Below, one piece after another: positions 28,680-38,808 of a DNA stretch of 64,000 nt. The notes under the pieces are model-generated. The model searched no databases and was not told where the DNA came from. It worked only from the letters and a program-made list of their open reading frames with translations. The stretch comes from Taishania pollutisoli. GTDB taxonomy: Bacteria; Bacteroidota; Bacteroidia; Flavobacteriales_D; Crocinitomicaceae. The position numbers and the translations under genes were made by a program. Numbering within the stretch: the first letter of the stretch is position 1; every line of letters starts with the position of its first letter. Where the stretch lies: the NCBI GenBank assembly GCA_040394775.1, contig JBEBRN010000002.1:10486-74485 (forward strand), read 5' to 3'.

Positions 28680-30098
28680 CTATTCCTTTATTAAGCTAAT
28701 GATGTGCAATTGGTTGTCTATGGTAAGTTTAACAATATAGACTCCTGCCTGTGTAATCTCTAATACGTTATTTTGGAAATGAAATTGATTCACTTTCTTT
28801 CCATCTACCGTAAACACTTCTATTGCATCGATAGTTTTGTTATCCAATGATTGAACTGTAAAGTTATCTGAGCTTGGATTTGGATATATAGCAATTTTCT
28901 CTAAATCCATATTTGTTAATCCAACGGTACTTACAGTAATGATTACTGCTGCAGTGGAAGTACATCCGTTTGTTCCTTTTCCTGTTACAGTATAGGTCGT
29001 AGTTGCACTTGGTGTCGCGATAACTGAACCGCCTGTTGCGCTATTTAATTCTGCACTTGGAGACCATGTATAAGTATCAGCACCTGAAGCGGTCAAAGTA
29101 ACTGATTCACCAACATTGATAGTCTGATCAGATGAAATGGTTAACTGAGGAGATGCATCAATGATTAGTGCTGAAACGAGTGTATCTTCTAAAACAGGAG
29201 AAGAAGAAACTACTTTTAGTTTATAATTGGCAGCAGTAAGTGCAGGTAGATTACCTTGTATAGTCAATGTTCCATTTGCTGTGGAAGATAGTGTTCCAAT
29301 CGACTGAGCACTAGCAAAGCTTCCGTTAGCATCAGAAATATAAGTTGTAAAGATATTTCCAGGATCAAAGACACCATTTGATTTAAACGTAATATTTACT
29401 GGAGTAGCTGTTTCAGAACAGAATGAAGGTTGATCAATAGCTACATTGGAAATGTAGGTTGAATTGGTTTCAATAGCGGTGATTTTAAATTCGTCCACAC
29501 CAATTCCAAGATTGGTATCACTATATCCAAGGTTTTTCCACTTGATACGTATATATGCTGTTGAGATACCATCTAAAGCAGGAATTGCAACTGAAGTCGT
29601 TTCCCATGTACTTTTGTTATACATTTTACTACCTACTTCTACCCATGTAATTGAATCCACTGAGTATTCCAAATGAGCATATGCGGAATCCACATGCCCT
29701 TCAATAAAATAGCTGTAGCTAACTGTTGTGCTTTGGTAATTAGCTAAATCTAATGGCTGTGCTAAAGTCGCATAAGAAGTACCAGTAGTTGAATACGTAG
29801 CATTACAATAGCCCATTAAAGAACACAACATGGCATCTTGTATGTGTAAATATTTGCTTCTTGGAGCATTGGTAAAAGCCGCTGGTTGTTCTGGGGAATT
29901 CGGGAAGATAGAAATTTGTGTAAACCCCATATCCATGATAAGTCCTTGATAGTTAGTGTCAACAACCCATGAGTCACCAGTTGTCCCTAATGTCCAATTG
30001 GATGAACCATTTTCAAAATTATCGTTTATTAGTTCAGTGGGTGTTTGTGCATATATTGCTCCTGACATGAACAATAAAGAGAGTAGAAGTAATCGCAT
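28680..30098 (-). CDS. Secreted protein with T9SS type A (Por) C-terminal sorting domain
   Basis: Signal peptide. An Ig-like repeat VGESVTLTASGADTYTW is shared with the first CDS. The C-terminus IAIYPNPSSDNFTVQ...GVYIVKLTIDNQLHIISLIKE is typical of the type A CTD. Confidence 0.85.
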   Translation of the reverse strand: MRLLLLSLLFMSGAIYAQTPTELINDNFENGSSNWTLGTTGDSWVVDTNYQGLIMDMGFTQISIFPNSPEQPAAFTNAPRSKYLHIQDAMLCSLMGYCNATYSTTGTSYATLAQPLDLANYQSTTVSYSYFIEGHVDSAYAHLEYSVDSITWVEVGSKMYNKSTWETTSVAIPALDGISTAYIRIKWKNLGYSDTNLGIGVDEFKITAIETNSTYISNVAIDQPSFCSETATPVNITFKSNGVFDPGNIFTTYISDANGSFASAQSIGTLSSTANGTLTIQGNLPALTAANYKLKVVSSSPVLEDTLVSALIIDASPQLTISSDQTINVGESVTLTASGADTYTWSPSAELNSATGGSVIATPSATTTYTVTGKGTNGCTSTAAVIITVSTVGLTNMDLEKIAIYPNPSSDNFTVQSLDNKTIDAIEVFTVDGKKVNQFHFQNNVLEITQAGVYIVKLTIDNQLHIISLIKE

Positions 30099-30188
30099 TT
30101 CTTATATCTTTTAAAGTGAACTGCAAATATGATAATTTTATATTATCTAACTCACTAAAGATGAATAAATCGCATGAATGAATTAACT

Positions 30189-30638
30189 TTAATGCCTCTT
30201 TGTTTCAAAAAACATTTTAATAAGATCGGAACATTCTTTTTCCATTGGTCCACTTTCAATGATTGTTTTAGGATGAAATAGTGAAGGGGTGACACGTAAA
30301 GCTCCACGACGTTCATCTTTTGCCGCAAAAACAATACGATCTATTTGAGACCAAGCCAAAGCTCCCGCACACATACAACAAGGCTCTAAAGTGACGTATA
30401 AAGTACAATTTTTTAAATATTTTCCACCTAACTGATTGGCAGCAGCAGTGATTGCCTGCATTTCTGCGTGTGCTGTTACATCGTTGAGTTGCTCTGTTAA
30501 ATTATGAGCTCTTGCGATTATTTGTTGATTAGCAACGATGACTGCTCCAATTGGGATTTCATCTAGTGCAAACGCTTTTTGTGCTTCCAAATAAGCTTGC
30601 TTCATAAAGTAATTATCATCAAAAGGCGTAATGTTCAT
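30189..30638 (-). CDS. tadA: tRNA adenosine(34) deaminase
   Basis: Zinc motifs HAEMQAI and PCCMCAGAL. 149 aa. Confidence 0.93.
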   Translation of the reverse strand: MNITPFDDNYFMKQAYLEAQKAFALDEIPIGAVIVANQQIIARAHNLTEQLNDVTAHAEMQAITAAANQLGGKYLKNCTLYVTLEPCCMCAGALAWSQIDRIVFAAKDERRGALRVTPSLFHPKTIIESGPMEKECSDLIKMFFETKRH

Positions 30639-30821
30639 AGTTTTGCTTTGTTACGAATATATAAAAGTTATTTTCAGGACAAGCAATTATGCTTATTTTA
30701 ACTAGAATTAGCCGTTGATTTAAGTGTTAATTTAAACGAATTGTATTGAATTGTTAATTTTATAAAAGAATCCGAATAGTCGTTTATCTTTGATAGAATG
30801 GTGTGAAATAACCTTGTTAAA

Positions 30822-31304
30822 ATGACGCTTTACAATTTTGCTGCTATAGATATTAAAGGTGATATTATTTCTTTTGAGGAATATAAGGGGAGAGTTGTGC
30901 TCATTGTAAATACAGCTAGTAAGTGTGGATTAACATATCAATACGAAGGATTAGAAAAATTATATCTAAAATATAAAGATCAAGGATTGATTATTTTGGG
31001 ATTCCCGTGTAATCAATTTGCTAACCAAGAGCCATCCGACGAATTTACGATAAAAGCAGAATGTTTAACGAAGTATAATATTACATTCCCCATCTTTTCA
31101 AAGATAAATGTGAATGGAAAAGAGGCTTTGAGCGTTTTTAAATGGCTGAAGGACGAACTCCCTGGGTTTATTACTAGTCAAGTAAAATGGAACTTTACTA
31201 AGTTCATTATTGATAGAGAAGGAAGGCCTGTTAAACGTTTTGGACCAATCACCAAACCAGAGTGCTTAGACATCTATCTTAAAAAGAATTTCTTTAATTC
31301 TTAA
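30822..31304 (+). CDS. Glutathione peroxidase (Cys-type)
   Basis: NTASKCGLT carries the catalytic Cys (not Sec). LGFPCNQF and WNFTKF are also present. Confidence 0.92.
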   Translation: MTLYNFAAIDIKGDIISFEEYKGRVVLIVNTASKCGLTYQYEGLEKLYLKYKDQGLIILGFPCNQFANQEPSDEFTIKAECLTKYNITFPIFSKINVNGKEALSVFKWLKDELPGFITSQVKWNFTKFIIDREGRPVKRFGPITKPECLDIYLKKNFFNS

Positions 31305-31362
31305 GATAAGGTTAATCAAACCATTATATTTGTTAGTAGTTTAGCAAAACACTATCGACCAC

Positions 31363-32571
31363 ATGAAACAATTCCTACTATTATTTTTCTTATTCATTCA
31401 TTTGTTAGGTTTTGGACAATTAGAATTTGATAAATCCAATCAGTTATTATGGGAAATTAGTGGAAAAAATTTAAAAAAGCCATCTTATGTTTTAGGTACA
31501 ATACATCTCAATAGCCCTAAATTATTCAATTTTTCAGATTCTATTTACTATGCATTTTGTAATACGAGTGTGTTTTCTCCAGAAGTAGATATCCATGAGT
31601 TATACCGATTTTATAATGTTCAGCTGAATGCCAATTTACTAGTAGATGGTAATGGGAGAATTTACTCCAAAAGTATTTTTTTAGATAAAAGTAATTACGG
31701 AACAAACAAGGGTAGACCACAATTTTTAGATGCCTATTTCTTTCAGGTAGCTGCTAATTCGGGAAAAATAGTCATTCCGTTAGAAACCATTGATGATCAA
31801 ATTTCAGCGTATCAGTCTATTGTCTTTTCAGATTATCAGAGAAGTGCTTCTTTCTCCGAGGATGATTTATTAAACGTCTATTTAACAGGAAATCTATTCA
31901 AACTACAGCGTCTTGTATATCAAGGGTATATGGGATCTAATGGTTATGAAGAAATGATAATTAATCGGAATTTGAAAATGGCAAACACTATAGATTCCAT
32001 TATGCGTACTACCTCCACTTTTGTTGCTGTTGGTGCAGGACACTTAGCAGGAAAGTATGGTGTTCTTAATAATTTACGTCAGAAAGGATATTCAATTCGT
32101 CCTATAGAGTCCACTTTTACAGAAGATTTCACAAAAGAGAAACGATTTTTTAAAGACCATCAAACGTATATCTACAAAGATACATTACTGCATTTTACCG
32201 CTCGTTTTGGTATGAAGCCAATTATTGTAGTAGACAGTTGTAACATTCGTTTAGAGGCTAGAGATCTAGGACAAGGAAATATCTACATTCTTGAAGTAGA
32301 AAAAATATCTGAAGAAAACGTTCAAGTTGATGCCTATTTAAAAGAAAATTTTTTTCAACCGATTAATGCAATAATTGAAACCACCACATTAAATAATGAT
32401 AAGATGTTCGAAGGTATCGTTTCAGTGGAAGATTATGGATTGTGCTGGAAGCGTATTGTTTTCCACGATGGTTATTTATATAAAATGACTTGTAGTGGTA
32501 GTTTACCTTTTCTGACCTCTAATCGTCCAAAAGATTTCTTTAACGGATTAATATTCCAATCCTATAAATAA
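31363..32571 (+). CDS. TraB/GumN family protein
   Basis: LLWEISGKNLKKPSYVLGTIHL and FVAVGAGHLAGKYGV motifs, with a signal peptide. A TATATTTG box lies at 31325-31332. Confidence 0.8.
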   Translation: MKQFLLLFFLFIHLLGFGQLEFDKSNQLLWEISGKNLKKPSYVLGTIHLNSPKLFNFSDSIYYAFCNTSVFSPEVDIHELYRFYNVQLNANLLVDGNGRIYSKSIFLDKSNYGTNKGRPQFLDAYFFQVAANSGKIVIPLETIDDQISAYQSIVFSDYQRSASFSEDDLLNVYLTGNLFKLQRLVYQGYMGSNGYEEMIINRNLKMANTIDSIMRTTSTFVAVGAGHLAGKYGVLNNLRQKGYSIRPIESTFTEDFTKEKRFFKDHQTYIYKDTLLHFTARFGMKPIIVVDSCNIRLEARDLGQGNIYILEVEKISEENVQVDAYLKENFFQPINAIIETTTLNNDKMFEGIVSVEDYGLCWKRIVFHDGYLYKMTCSGSLPFLTSNRPKDFFNGLIFQSYK

Positions 32572-32585
32572 CATTACAGTATACA

Positions 32586-32623
32586 AAAACGTCCCTAAAT
32601 GAATTGTTGTTTAGGGACGTTTT
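32586..32623. terminator. Bidirectional terminator hairpin
   Basis: AACGTCCCTAAA-tgaattgttg-TTTAGGGACGTT forms a perfect 12-bp stem flanked by A and T runs, between convergent genes. Confidence 0.8.
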
Positions 32624-32647
32624 ATTAGTAAGTTATTTTTTTAAATC

Positions 32648-35600
32648 TTATTTCTTCTGCTTTCTTTTTTGGAAAAATTCCTTGATGTTATGGAACATAT
32701 AGTAAACGCTTGGAACTAGGAATATAGTTAATATCATTGAGGACGATAATCCTCCAATAATCACCCAAGCCATACCATTTTTCACTTCCGCACCATCACC
32801 AGTTGCTATAGCGATTGGTAACATACCGAATACCATTGCTAACGTAGTCATCATAATGGGACGTAAACGTTCTTTTCCAGCTTCAATTAATGCATCGTAT
32901 ACTGTTTTGCCTTCCATAACTTGATGGTTAGCAAAATCGACAATCAAAATAGCGTTCTTGGCGACCAGTCCGAGTAACATGATTAATCCAAGCATGGCAA
33001 AGATAGACAGTTGATTCATTGTCAGTGCTAATGCGAGGAACGCCCCTACAAATGATACTGGAATAGAGAATAGTACGATAAATGGTGATGTGACACTTTC
33101 GTATAATGCTACCATGATAAAATAGATAAGAAGAATTCCTAATCCTAAAGACATCAACAAACTCTGCATCGATTCTTGCATATTCTCGGCTGCTCCAATG
33201 TATTTTATTTCAGTTCCTTTAGGGAATTTTGTTTCATTCACTTTCGCTTTGATGTCATTTACTATGTCTCCTAAAGAACGATTGATTGTTGCTGCATTTA
33301 TTTTCACAGAAGGCAAACGATCGGTTCTTTCTCTTACAGATTGACCATCCACTTCTTCAATATTTGCGACGCTGTTCAATCGGACGATACTTCCCATTGA
33401 GTTTTGAATCGTTAAATTACGAATGTCATCAATAGAATACTTATCCGCTTTATCTAACATGATATTGATATCGTATTCTTCTCCTTGGTCTTTGAATCGC
33501 GTTTTGTCATTTCCTTGGAAAGCTAACTGAACAGCTCCACCTATTTCCGCTACACTTAAACCATATAAAGAAGCTTTATCTCTATCAATCTCAATAGCAA
33601 TATCTTTTTTAGGTGACTTAGTTGAGAAACGAACGAAATCTGTCCCTGGTACATCTTTAATGATATCCAATAACATTTTCGAACCTTTCTTTACACTATC
33701 TTGTTCTGTCCCTTTTATGACAACTTGAATAGGAATATCATTCCCCATTAATCCAACAGGAGTTACGACGATTTTGATACCTGGATATTGTTCCAATGAA
33801 TCGCGCATACGTTGCCCAAATTCATCCGTTGTATAATCTCTTTCTTTTTTATCGACAAGATTAACGGTTATTTCTGCCAAGTTACTATTGGAAGCTGCAT
33901 TTGATGATGCCTCTCCTTGTTGAGTTCCGACATTTGAGAAAACATTGACAACATCTTTATCCTTCAGCAACATTTTTTCAATACCACTTACTACTTGATT
34001 GGTTTGAGATAATGTATATTCAGGCGATAAATCGATTTGAAGTGTTAATTCACCTTTGTCGGCTGGTTGCATAAAAGTGGCACCAATTAAACCTTTCATT
34101 GGAATTAAAATTACCGTTGAAACGAATAATGTGGTGATGATAATTGCTAGGATTATTTTATGATTTAAAGCCCATTTAAGTGTATGTACATATAATTCTT
34201 TTACTCCATCAATGACATCTTCAAACCAGATATTAATTCTTCCCCAAAGGGTGTCTTTGGTGTGGTGTTCTAATTTCCCCCATCGAGACGCTAACATTGG
34301 CGTTAAGGTGAATGCTACCATTAATGACATTAATGTGGAAACAACAATTACTAATGAGAATTCTCTTAGGATGTTACCAATTAATCCAGAACTTAAAGCA
34401 ATCGGGATAAATACTACAACGTCCACTAAGGTTATTGAAAGCGCTGTAAATCCAATCTCATTTCGTCCATCGAGGGCCGCAATGCGTTTGTGTTTACCCA
34501 TTTCCATATGCCGGTAAATGTTCTCTAATACCACAATACTATCGTCCACCAATACTCCTACTACAAGAGATAATGCCATTAAGGTCATTAAGTTGAGTGA
34601 GAATCCCATTGCCCACATCATGATAAACGTTGGAATCATGGCTGAAGGAATGGCTACCAAAACAAATAAGGATGAACGAATTGAATGAAGGAAGAACACC
34701 ATTACAAGCGCAACGATGATAATGGCTAAAAATAAATCCTTCATTACACCATCTGCTGCAGCGAGTGTGTAGACAGATTGGTCAGATGCAATTTCGTAAT
34801 TGAAATTAATATCCTTATATCGTAGTTTTACATCTTCTAGCTTTTTCTTAATACCTTGTGCTACTAGTACGGTATTAGCATCAGTTTGTTTTAATACTTG
34901 AATACCAATTCCGGGTCTACCGTTAATACGGTTAATTGCCACTGCTTCGGCTTCACCATCTGTAATGGAGGCAATGTCTGATAAGAAGATTTTTGATCCA
35001 TTTTGTCCTTGACGAATGATGAGGTTTTTAAGATCTTCTATGTTGTTTAACTTCGCATCTAATCGGATTGAAAATCGACCTTCGTCACTTTGAATATTTC
35101 CCGCAGGAAAAGACATTCCACCTCTTGCAATTAGTTGTTGTACTTGAAGTGGGCTAATTTTATAAGCAGAAAGCTTACTATTATCTAGCTTCACCTCAAT
35201 TTCACGTTTTATTCCACCAATCAAGTTAATTTGTGCAACACCAGGAACGTTTGTCAGTAATGGTTTAACTTTTAAATCAATTAAGTCATACATTTCTGTA
35301 GAAGACAATTTAGACGTTGCTGTCAACCTTAAAATAGGTAAATCATCCAATGAGAACCGCGAAACAATTGGTTCGTCGATATCTGCAGGAAGGATGGATA
35401 ATATTTGTGAAATCTTTCTTTCTGCGTCTAGCTGTGCTTTTTCAGCGCTTGCATCTTGATTTAACTCAACAAGTACTAATGAGATACTCTCTCTAGAGGA
35501 GGAGTTAATAGCTTTTAGACCTTCTAATGAAGATACCGCCTCTTCGATGTGTTTCGTTATACTATTTTCTACCTCGTCCGAAGATGCTCCAGGATAGATG

Positions 35601-35749
35601 GTTTGCACCATTACAATAGGAATGTCGAATTTAGGTAATAAGTTATAATTAAGTGTCTTATAACTCATGAAACCAAAAAGAATGAGGCAAACGAATATTA
35701 CTGTAATCAGTAAAGGTCGTTTTATCGCTACTTCGGTAATTGAAGCCAT
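32648..35749 (-). CDS. RND efflux transporter permease
   Basis: 1033 aa with the AcrB/CzcA-like N-terminus ITEVAIKRPLLITVIF and two large periplasmic loops. It is the last gene of the regulator-tolC-mfp-rnd operon. Confidence 0.93.
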   Translation of the reverse strand: MASITEVAIKRPLLITVIFVCLILFGFMSYKTLNYNLLPKFDIPIVMVQTIYPGASSDEVENSITKHIEEAVSSLEGLKAINSSSRESISLVLVELNQDASAEKAQLDAERKISQILSILPADIDEPIVSRFSLDDLPILRLTATSKLSSTEMYDLIDLKVKPLLTNVPGVAQINLIGGIKREIEVKLDNSKLSAYKISPLQVQQLIARGGMSFPAGNIQSDEGRFSIRLDAKLNNIEDLKNLIIRQGQNGSKIFLSDIASITDGEAEAVAINRINGRPGIGIQVLKQTDANTVLVAQGIKKKLEDVKLRYKDINFNYEIASDQSVYTLAAADGVMKDLFLAIIIVALVMVFFLHSIRSSLFVLVAIPSAMIPTFIMMWAMGFSLNLMTLMALSLVVGVLVDDSIVVLENIYRHMEMGKHKRIAALDGRNEIGFTALSITLVDVVVFIPIALSSGLIGNILREFSLVIVVSTLMSLMVAFTLTPMLASRWGKLEHHTKDTLWGRINIWFEDVIDGVKELYVHTLKWALNHKIILAIIITTLFVSTVILIPMKGLIGATFMQPADKGELTLQIDLSPEYTLSQTNQVVSGIEKMLLKDKDVVNVFSNVGTQQGEASSNAASNSNLAEITVNLVDKKERDYTTDEFGQRMRDSLEQYPGIKIVVTPVGLMGNDIPIQVVIKGTEQDSVKKGSKMLLDIIKDVPGTDFVRFSTKSPKKDIAIEIDRDKASLYGLSVAEIGGAVQLAFQGNDKTRFKDQGEEYDINIMLDKADKYSIDDIRNLTIQNSMGSIVRLNSVANIEEVDGQSVRERTDRLPSVKINAATINRSLGDIVNDIKAKVNETKFPKGTEIKYIGAAENMQESMQSLLMSLGLGILLIYFIMVALYESVTSPFIVLFSIPVSFVGAFLALALTMNQLSIFAMLGLIMLLGLVAKNAILIVDFANHQVMEGKTVYDALIEAGKERLRPIMMTTLAMVFGMLPIAIATGDGAEVKNGMAWVIIGGLSSSMILTIFLVPSVYYMFHNIKEFFQKRKQKK

Positions 35750-35751
35750 AT

Positions 35752-36819
35752 TTATTTTGTGTCTTTAGATTGAATTAAACTATTGTCTGTGATATTAATT
35801 TGACCGTCTATAACGACTCTTTCGCCTTCTTTTAGACCATCAACAACTTCTATATACTCGCCATTTTCACGACCAACTTTGATCGTTCTTCTCTCGGCTT
35901 TGTCACCATTTAGAACATATACATAGGCGTTTTTAATACCTTCAACTAATGCTTTCTTAGGAATCTGTAGTGCGATGTCTGTTGCATTTGTTTCGAAGTA
36001 TACATTGACATATGTTCCTGCTCTTAATTCCTTGTTTTCTTTCACATTTACTTGAATTTCAATCTTATAATTGAAGTTCTCGTCAGCACTTGGAGCTACA
36101 TAAGTAACTTTTCCACTAAATGTTTTATCAGTAATAACACTTGCTTTAATATTTACTTTCTCTCCCAATTTAATAAAACGCACCTCACTTTCATTGACTG
36201 ATACAAATATTTTCAATGTATTTACATCAACAACCGTTGCGATTGGGGTTCCTGCACCGATAAATTCCCCTGAAATATTTCTTTTATCAACGATTGTTCC
36301 TGTCAATGGTGATTTTATGTAGGAATCACTAATTTGTTGTTTTAGTTGTTCCATTTCCAATTTGCGAGAATCATAGGCAAATTTAGAGTCTAAATATTGT
36401 GACTCTGCTAATGCACTTCCTTCAAACAACTCCTTATTGCGTTTTAAATCTCTTTCAAATTTACTAACTGCTAACTCTAAGTTCTTAAGTTGAATGTCAT
36501 ACGTTTTTGTATCCACTTTCCCTATCGATTGCCCTTTCGTTACTTTAGAGCCAAGTTCTATGTTGAAATTTTCTAACCTTCCTGGCATAGTTGAAGCGAT
36601 TCCTGCTTTCTCATTTGGTTCTACGATAGACGGACGAACAATTACAGAACTCATTTCCATTGACTTTGCTGTTGCTAAGTTAACAGCAACTGGAATGTGA
36701 GAACGATCTATCACCTCTTTTCCTTTGTCCAGCTCTTTCTTATTAGAAACTAATTTGACAATTGCAAAGACAGCGAATGCTCCTAATATGACGATTGCGA
36801 TAATACCTTTCTTTTTCAT
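35752..36819 (-). CDS. RND efflux periplasmic adaptor (MFP)
   Basis: N-terminal TM anchor, with coiled-coil, lipoyl and beta-barrel pattern. Its start overlaps the tolC stop (TAATG). Confidence 0.9.
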   Translation of the reverse strand: MKKKGIIAIVILGAFAVFAIVKLVSNKKELDKGKEVIDRSHIPVAVNLATAKSMEMSSVIVRPSIVEPNEKAGIASTMPGRLENFNIELGSKVTKGQSIGKVDTKTYDIQLKNLELAVSKFERDLKRNKELFEGSALAESQYLDSKFAYDSRKLEMEQLKQQISDSYIKSPLTGTIVDKRNISGEFIGAGTPIATVVDVNTLKIFVSVNESEVRFIKLGEKVNIKASVITDKTFSGKVTYVAPSADENFNYKIEIQVNVKENKELRAGTYVNVYFETNATDIALQIPKKALVEGIKNAYVYVLNGDKAERRTIKVGRENGEYIEVVDGLKEGERVVIDGQINITDNSLIQSKDTK

Positions 36820-38153
36820 TACTTACTTAGATTTAAATAGTTGGATAAATTACCCTTTGATTTTTCGAAATTTAAACGAGATGACAAGAAGTTAATTGTT
36901 GATGTCATATAATTATTTTGTGCTTCTTTATACGCGAAGTCGGCATTTAGAAAATCAGATAAAGAGGATGCTCCCATTTGGTAGGATAGAGAAGTTACAT
37001 CATATACATCTTTTGCTAATTCTAAATTTTCTTTATTATTTTGAAAACTTGTAAATGCTTCTTGTAATTTGGTTCGTGAGTTAAGGTATTCTACCTTGTA
37101 ACTTTCACTCATTATTTTATTTTGGGTCTCTAGATTAAGTGTCTGAATGCGTTGCTTATTATAGGCAATATTTGATTTTAATCCATTAAAAATAGGGACG
37201 GTTAATTTTAGTCCAATAGAGGCAAAGTCATAGAATTCTTTAAATGAATCTTTAAAGTTATCAGCATAACTATTAGCGCCATATCGAGCATATCCACTTA
37301 TTGTAGGTAGAAATGAATACCTCATTACCTTTGTGTTCAGATTCTGTAATTTTAATGTTTGTTCATTAATTTTGTAATCCAATCGATTGGTTATATCAAT
37401 TTGTGCATCTGTAGGTAATTTGATGTTTTCAACTATTTGTTGTTGCTCATCTATTTTTAATTCATTGTCTAATGGCATTCCCATTACCACTTTTAAATTA
37501 TTGATAGCAACTTCTTTGGATGATTTAATTAAGCTTAATTGAGAAAGGATATTATTATAGGCCACTTTTACACGATTATAATCCACTTGTTTTATAACTC
37601 CTTTCTCCAGTTGTAATTTTAATATTTTCTCCAATTCAGCATATTTACTCTCATTTTCTTCTAAAAGTTTAATTTGCTGATTAACAATTAATACTTGGTA
37701 GTAGGTCAATGATAGATTATAAATAAAGTCTTCAACTATTTTATCAGAGTTGAGTTGGTATAATACTCTCATGTCTTTGATTCCATGAATTCCAATGATT
37801 ATCGTTTGGTCATATATTTTTTGTTCCAACTGAACGACTGCATTATTAGCATGAGCAGACCCCATTTTCATTCGTATTTCAGTTGGAGAAAAAGATCCAG
37901 CTGGAATAACCGTAACCGGTAATTTAGCGTTGTAATCCAAGCCTGCACTTCCATTTATATGAGGTAGATAAGGGCTATAAACATCTTGTTTGTCGTATTT
38001 GAACATTTTCATTTCATTTTCAGAAATGGTCATGTATGGAGAGTTCTCCAAACCGTAATTCAAACAGTCGCTCAGGCTTAATTCAGTTGTTTGTGCTTTT
38101 GCTAGTCCAACTAATGAAAAAGCTAAGAGTGTTAAACTATACTTTAATTTCAT
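36819..38153 (-). CDS. TolC-family outer membrane efflux protein
   Basis: Signal peptide MKLKYSLTLLAFSLVGLAKAQ and two repeated coiled-coil/beta halves. I prefer the start at 38153, where it overlaps the regulator stop as ATGA. Confidence 0.88.
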   Translation of the reverse strand: MKLKYSLTLLAFSLVGLAKAQTTELSLSDCLNYGLENSPYMTISENEMKMFKYDKQDVYSPYLPHINGSAGLDYNAKLPVTVIPAGSFSPTEIRMKMGSAHANNAVVQLEQKIYDQTIIIGIHGIKDMRVLYQLNSDKIVEDFIYNLSLTYYQVLIVNQQIKLLEENESKYAELEKILKLQLEKGVIKQVDYNRVKVAYNNILSQLSLIKSSKEVAINNLKVVMGMPLDNELKIDEQQQIVENIKLPTDAQIDITNRLDYKINEQTLKLQNLNTKVMRYSFLPTISGYARYGANSYADNFKDSFKEFYDFASIGLKLTVPIFNGLKSNIAYNKQRIQTLNLETQNKIMSESYKVEYLNSRTKLQEAFTSFQNNKENLELAKDVYDVTSLSYQMGASSLSDFLNADFAYKEAQNNYMTSTINFLSSRLNFEKSKGNLSNYLNLSK

Positions 38154-38644
38154 ATATTTTCTAATCTTTTTGTTTCCCATTTTTGATATATTTTAGGAAT
38201 TTCTTCTAAAAAGTATGTTATAAAGCTATACAAATCTTCGATAGAAGAATTAAATTCAGTTGTATTATCGGTACGTATTTCTTTGATTTCATTTAATAGA
38301 GCACAAAATTTACTAAGACTTTGGAATTGACTTCCAAAACTCTCTTTCCATGATGCGACATTTGATTTAAAATAGCGTTTTCTATCACCTGTTCTTGTAA
38401 TAAAACCAATTCGTTCAGCGATAAGAAGTTGATTAATACCATTACTTGTGGCACTTTTACTAAGATTTAGTGTTTCTCTAATTTCATCAAATGTCAGTTC
38501 AGTCTTATCAGAAATCATAAGCAATGCCGTTATACTAGCCGCAGCTGGCTGTATACCTTGCCCACATCCAAAATTACTTAACCGTTCGAGTAACTCGAAT
38601 TGTTTTTCAGAAAGTGGGACAGCATGACTTTTACTTTTTTCCAT
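38150..38644 (-). CDS. GbsR/MarR-family winged-helix transcriptional regulator
   Basis: LSEKQFELLERLSNFG..GIQPAAASITALLMISDKTELTFDEIRETLNLSKSATSNGINQL resembles GbsR-type regulators. It is the first gene of the efflux operon. Confidence 0.75.
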   Translation of the reverse strand: MEKSKSHAVPLSEKQFELLERLSNFGCGQGIQPAAASITALLMISDKTELTFDEIRETLNLSKSATSNGINQLLIAERIGFITRTGDRKRYFKSNVASWKESFGSQFQSLSKFCALLNEIKEIRTDNTTEFNSSIEDLYSFITYFLEEIPKIYQKWETKRLENI

Positions 38645-38755
38645 GGCGCAAAGATACTATTTTTTTCTACTTGGTTCTTTTGATTATGAACTAAAAAAAC
38701 CAAAAAATAACAATTCTGCTAAAAGCGGCTATTTTAACGTTTTTTGATAAAAATA

Positions 38756-38787
38756 AAAATGGCTATCTGTTTACAGATAGCCATTTT
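38756..38787 (-). terminator. Rho-independent terminator after the OmpA-family gene
   Basis: AAAATGGCTATCTG-ttta-CAGATAGCCATTTT forms a perfect 14-bp stem 22 nt after the stop at 38809. Confidence 0.8.
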
Positions 38788-38808
38788 AGTATTTTAATAT
38801 TACTCCTA

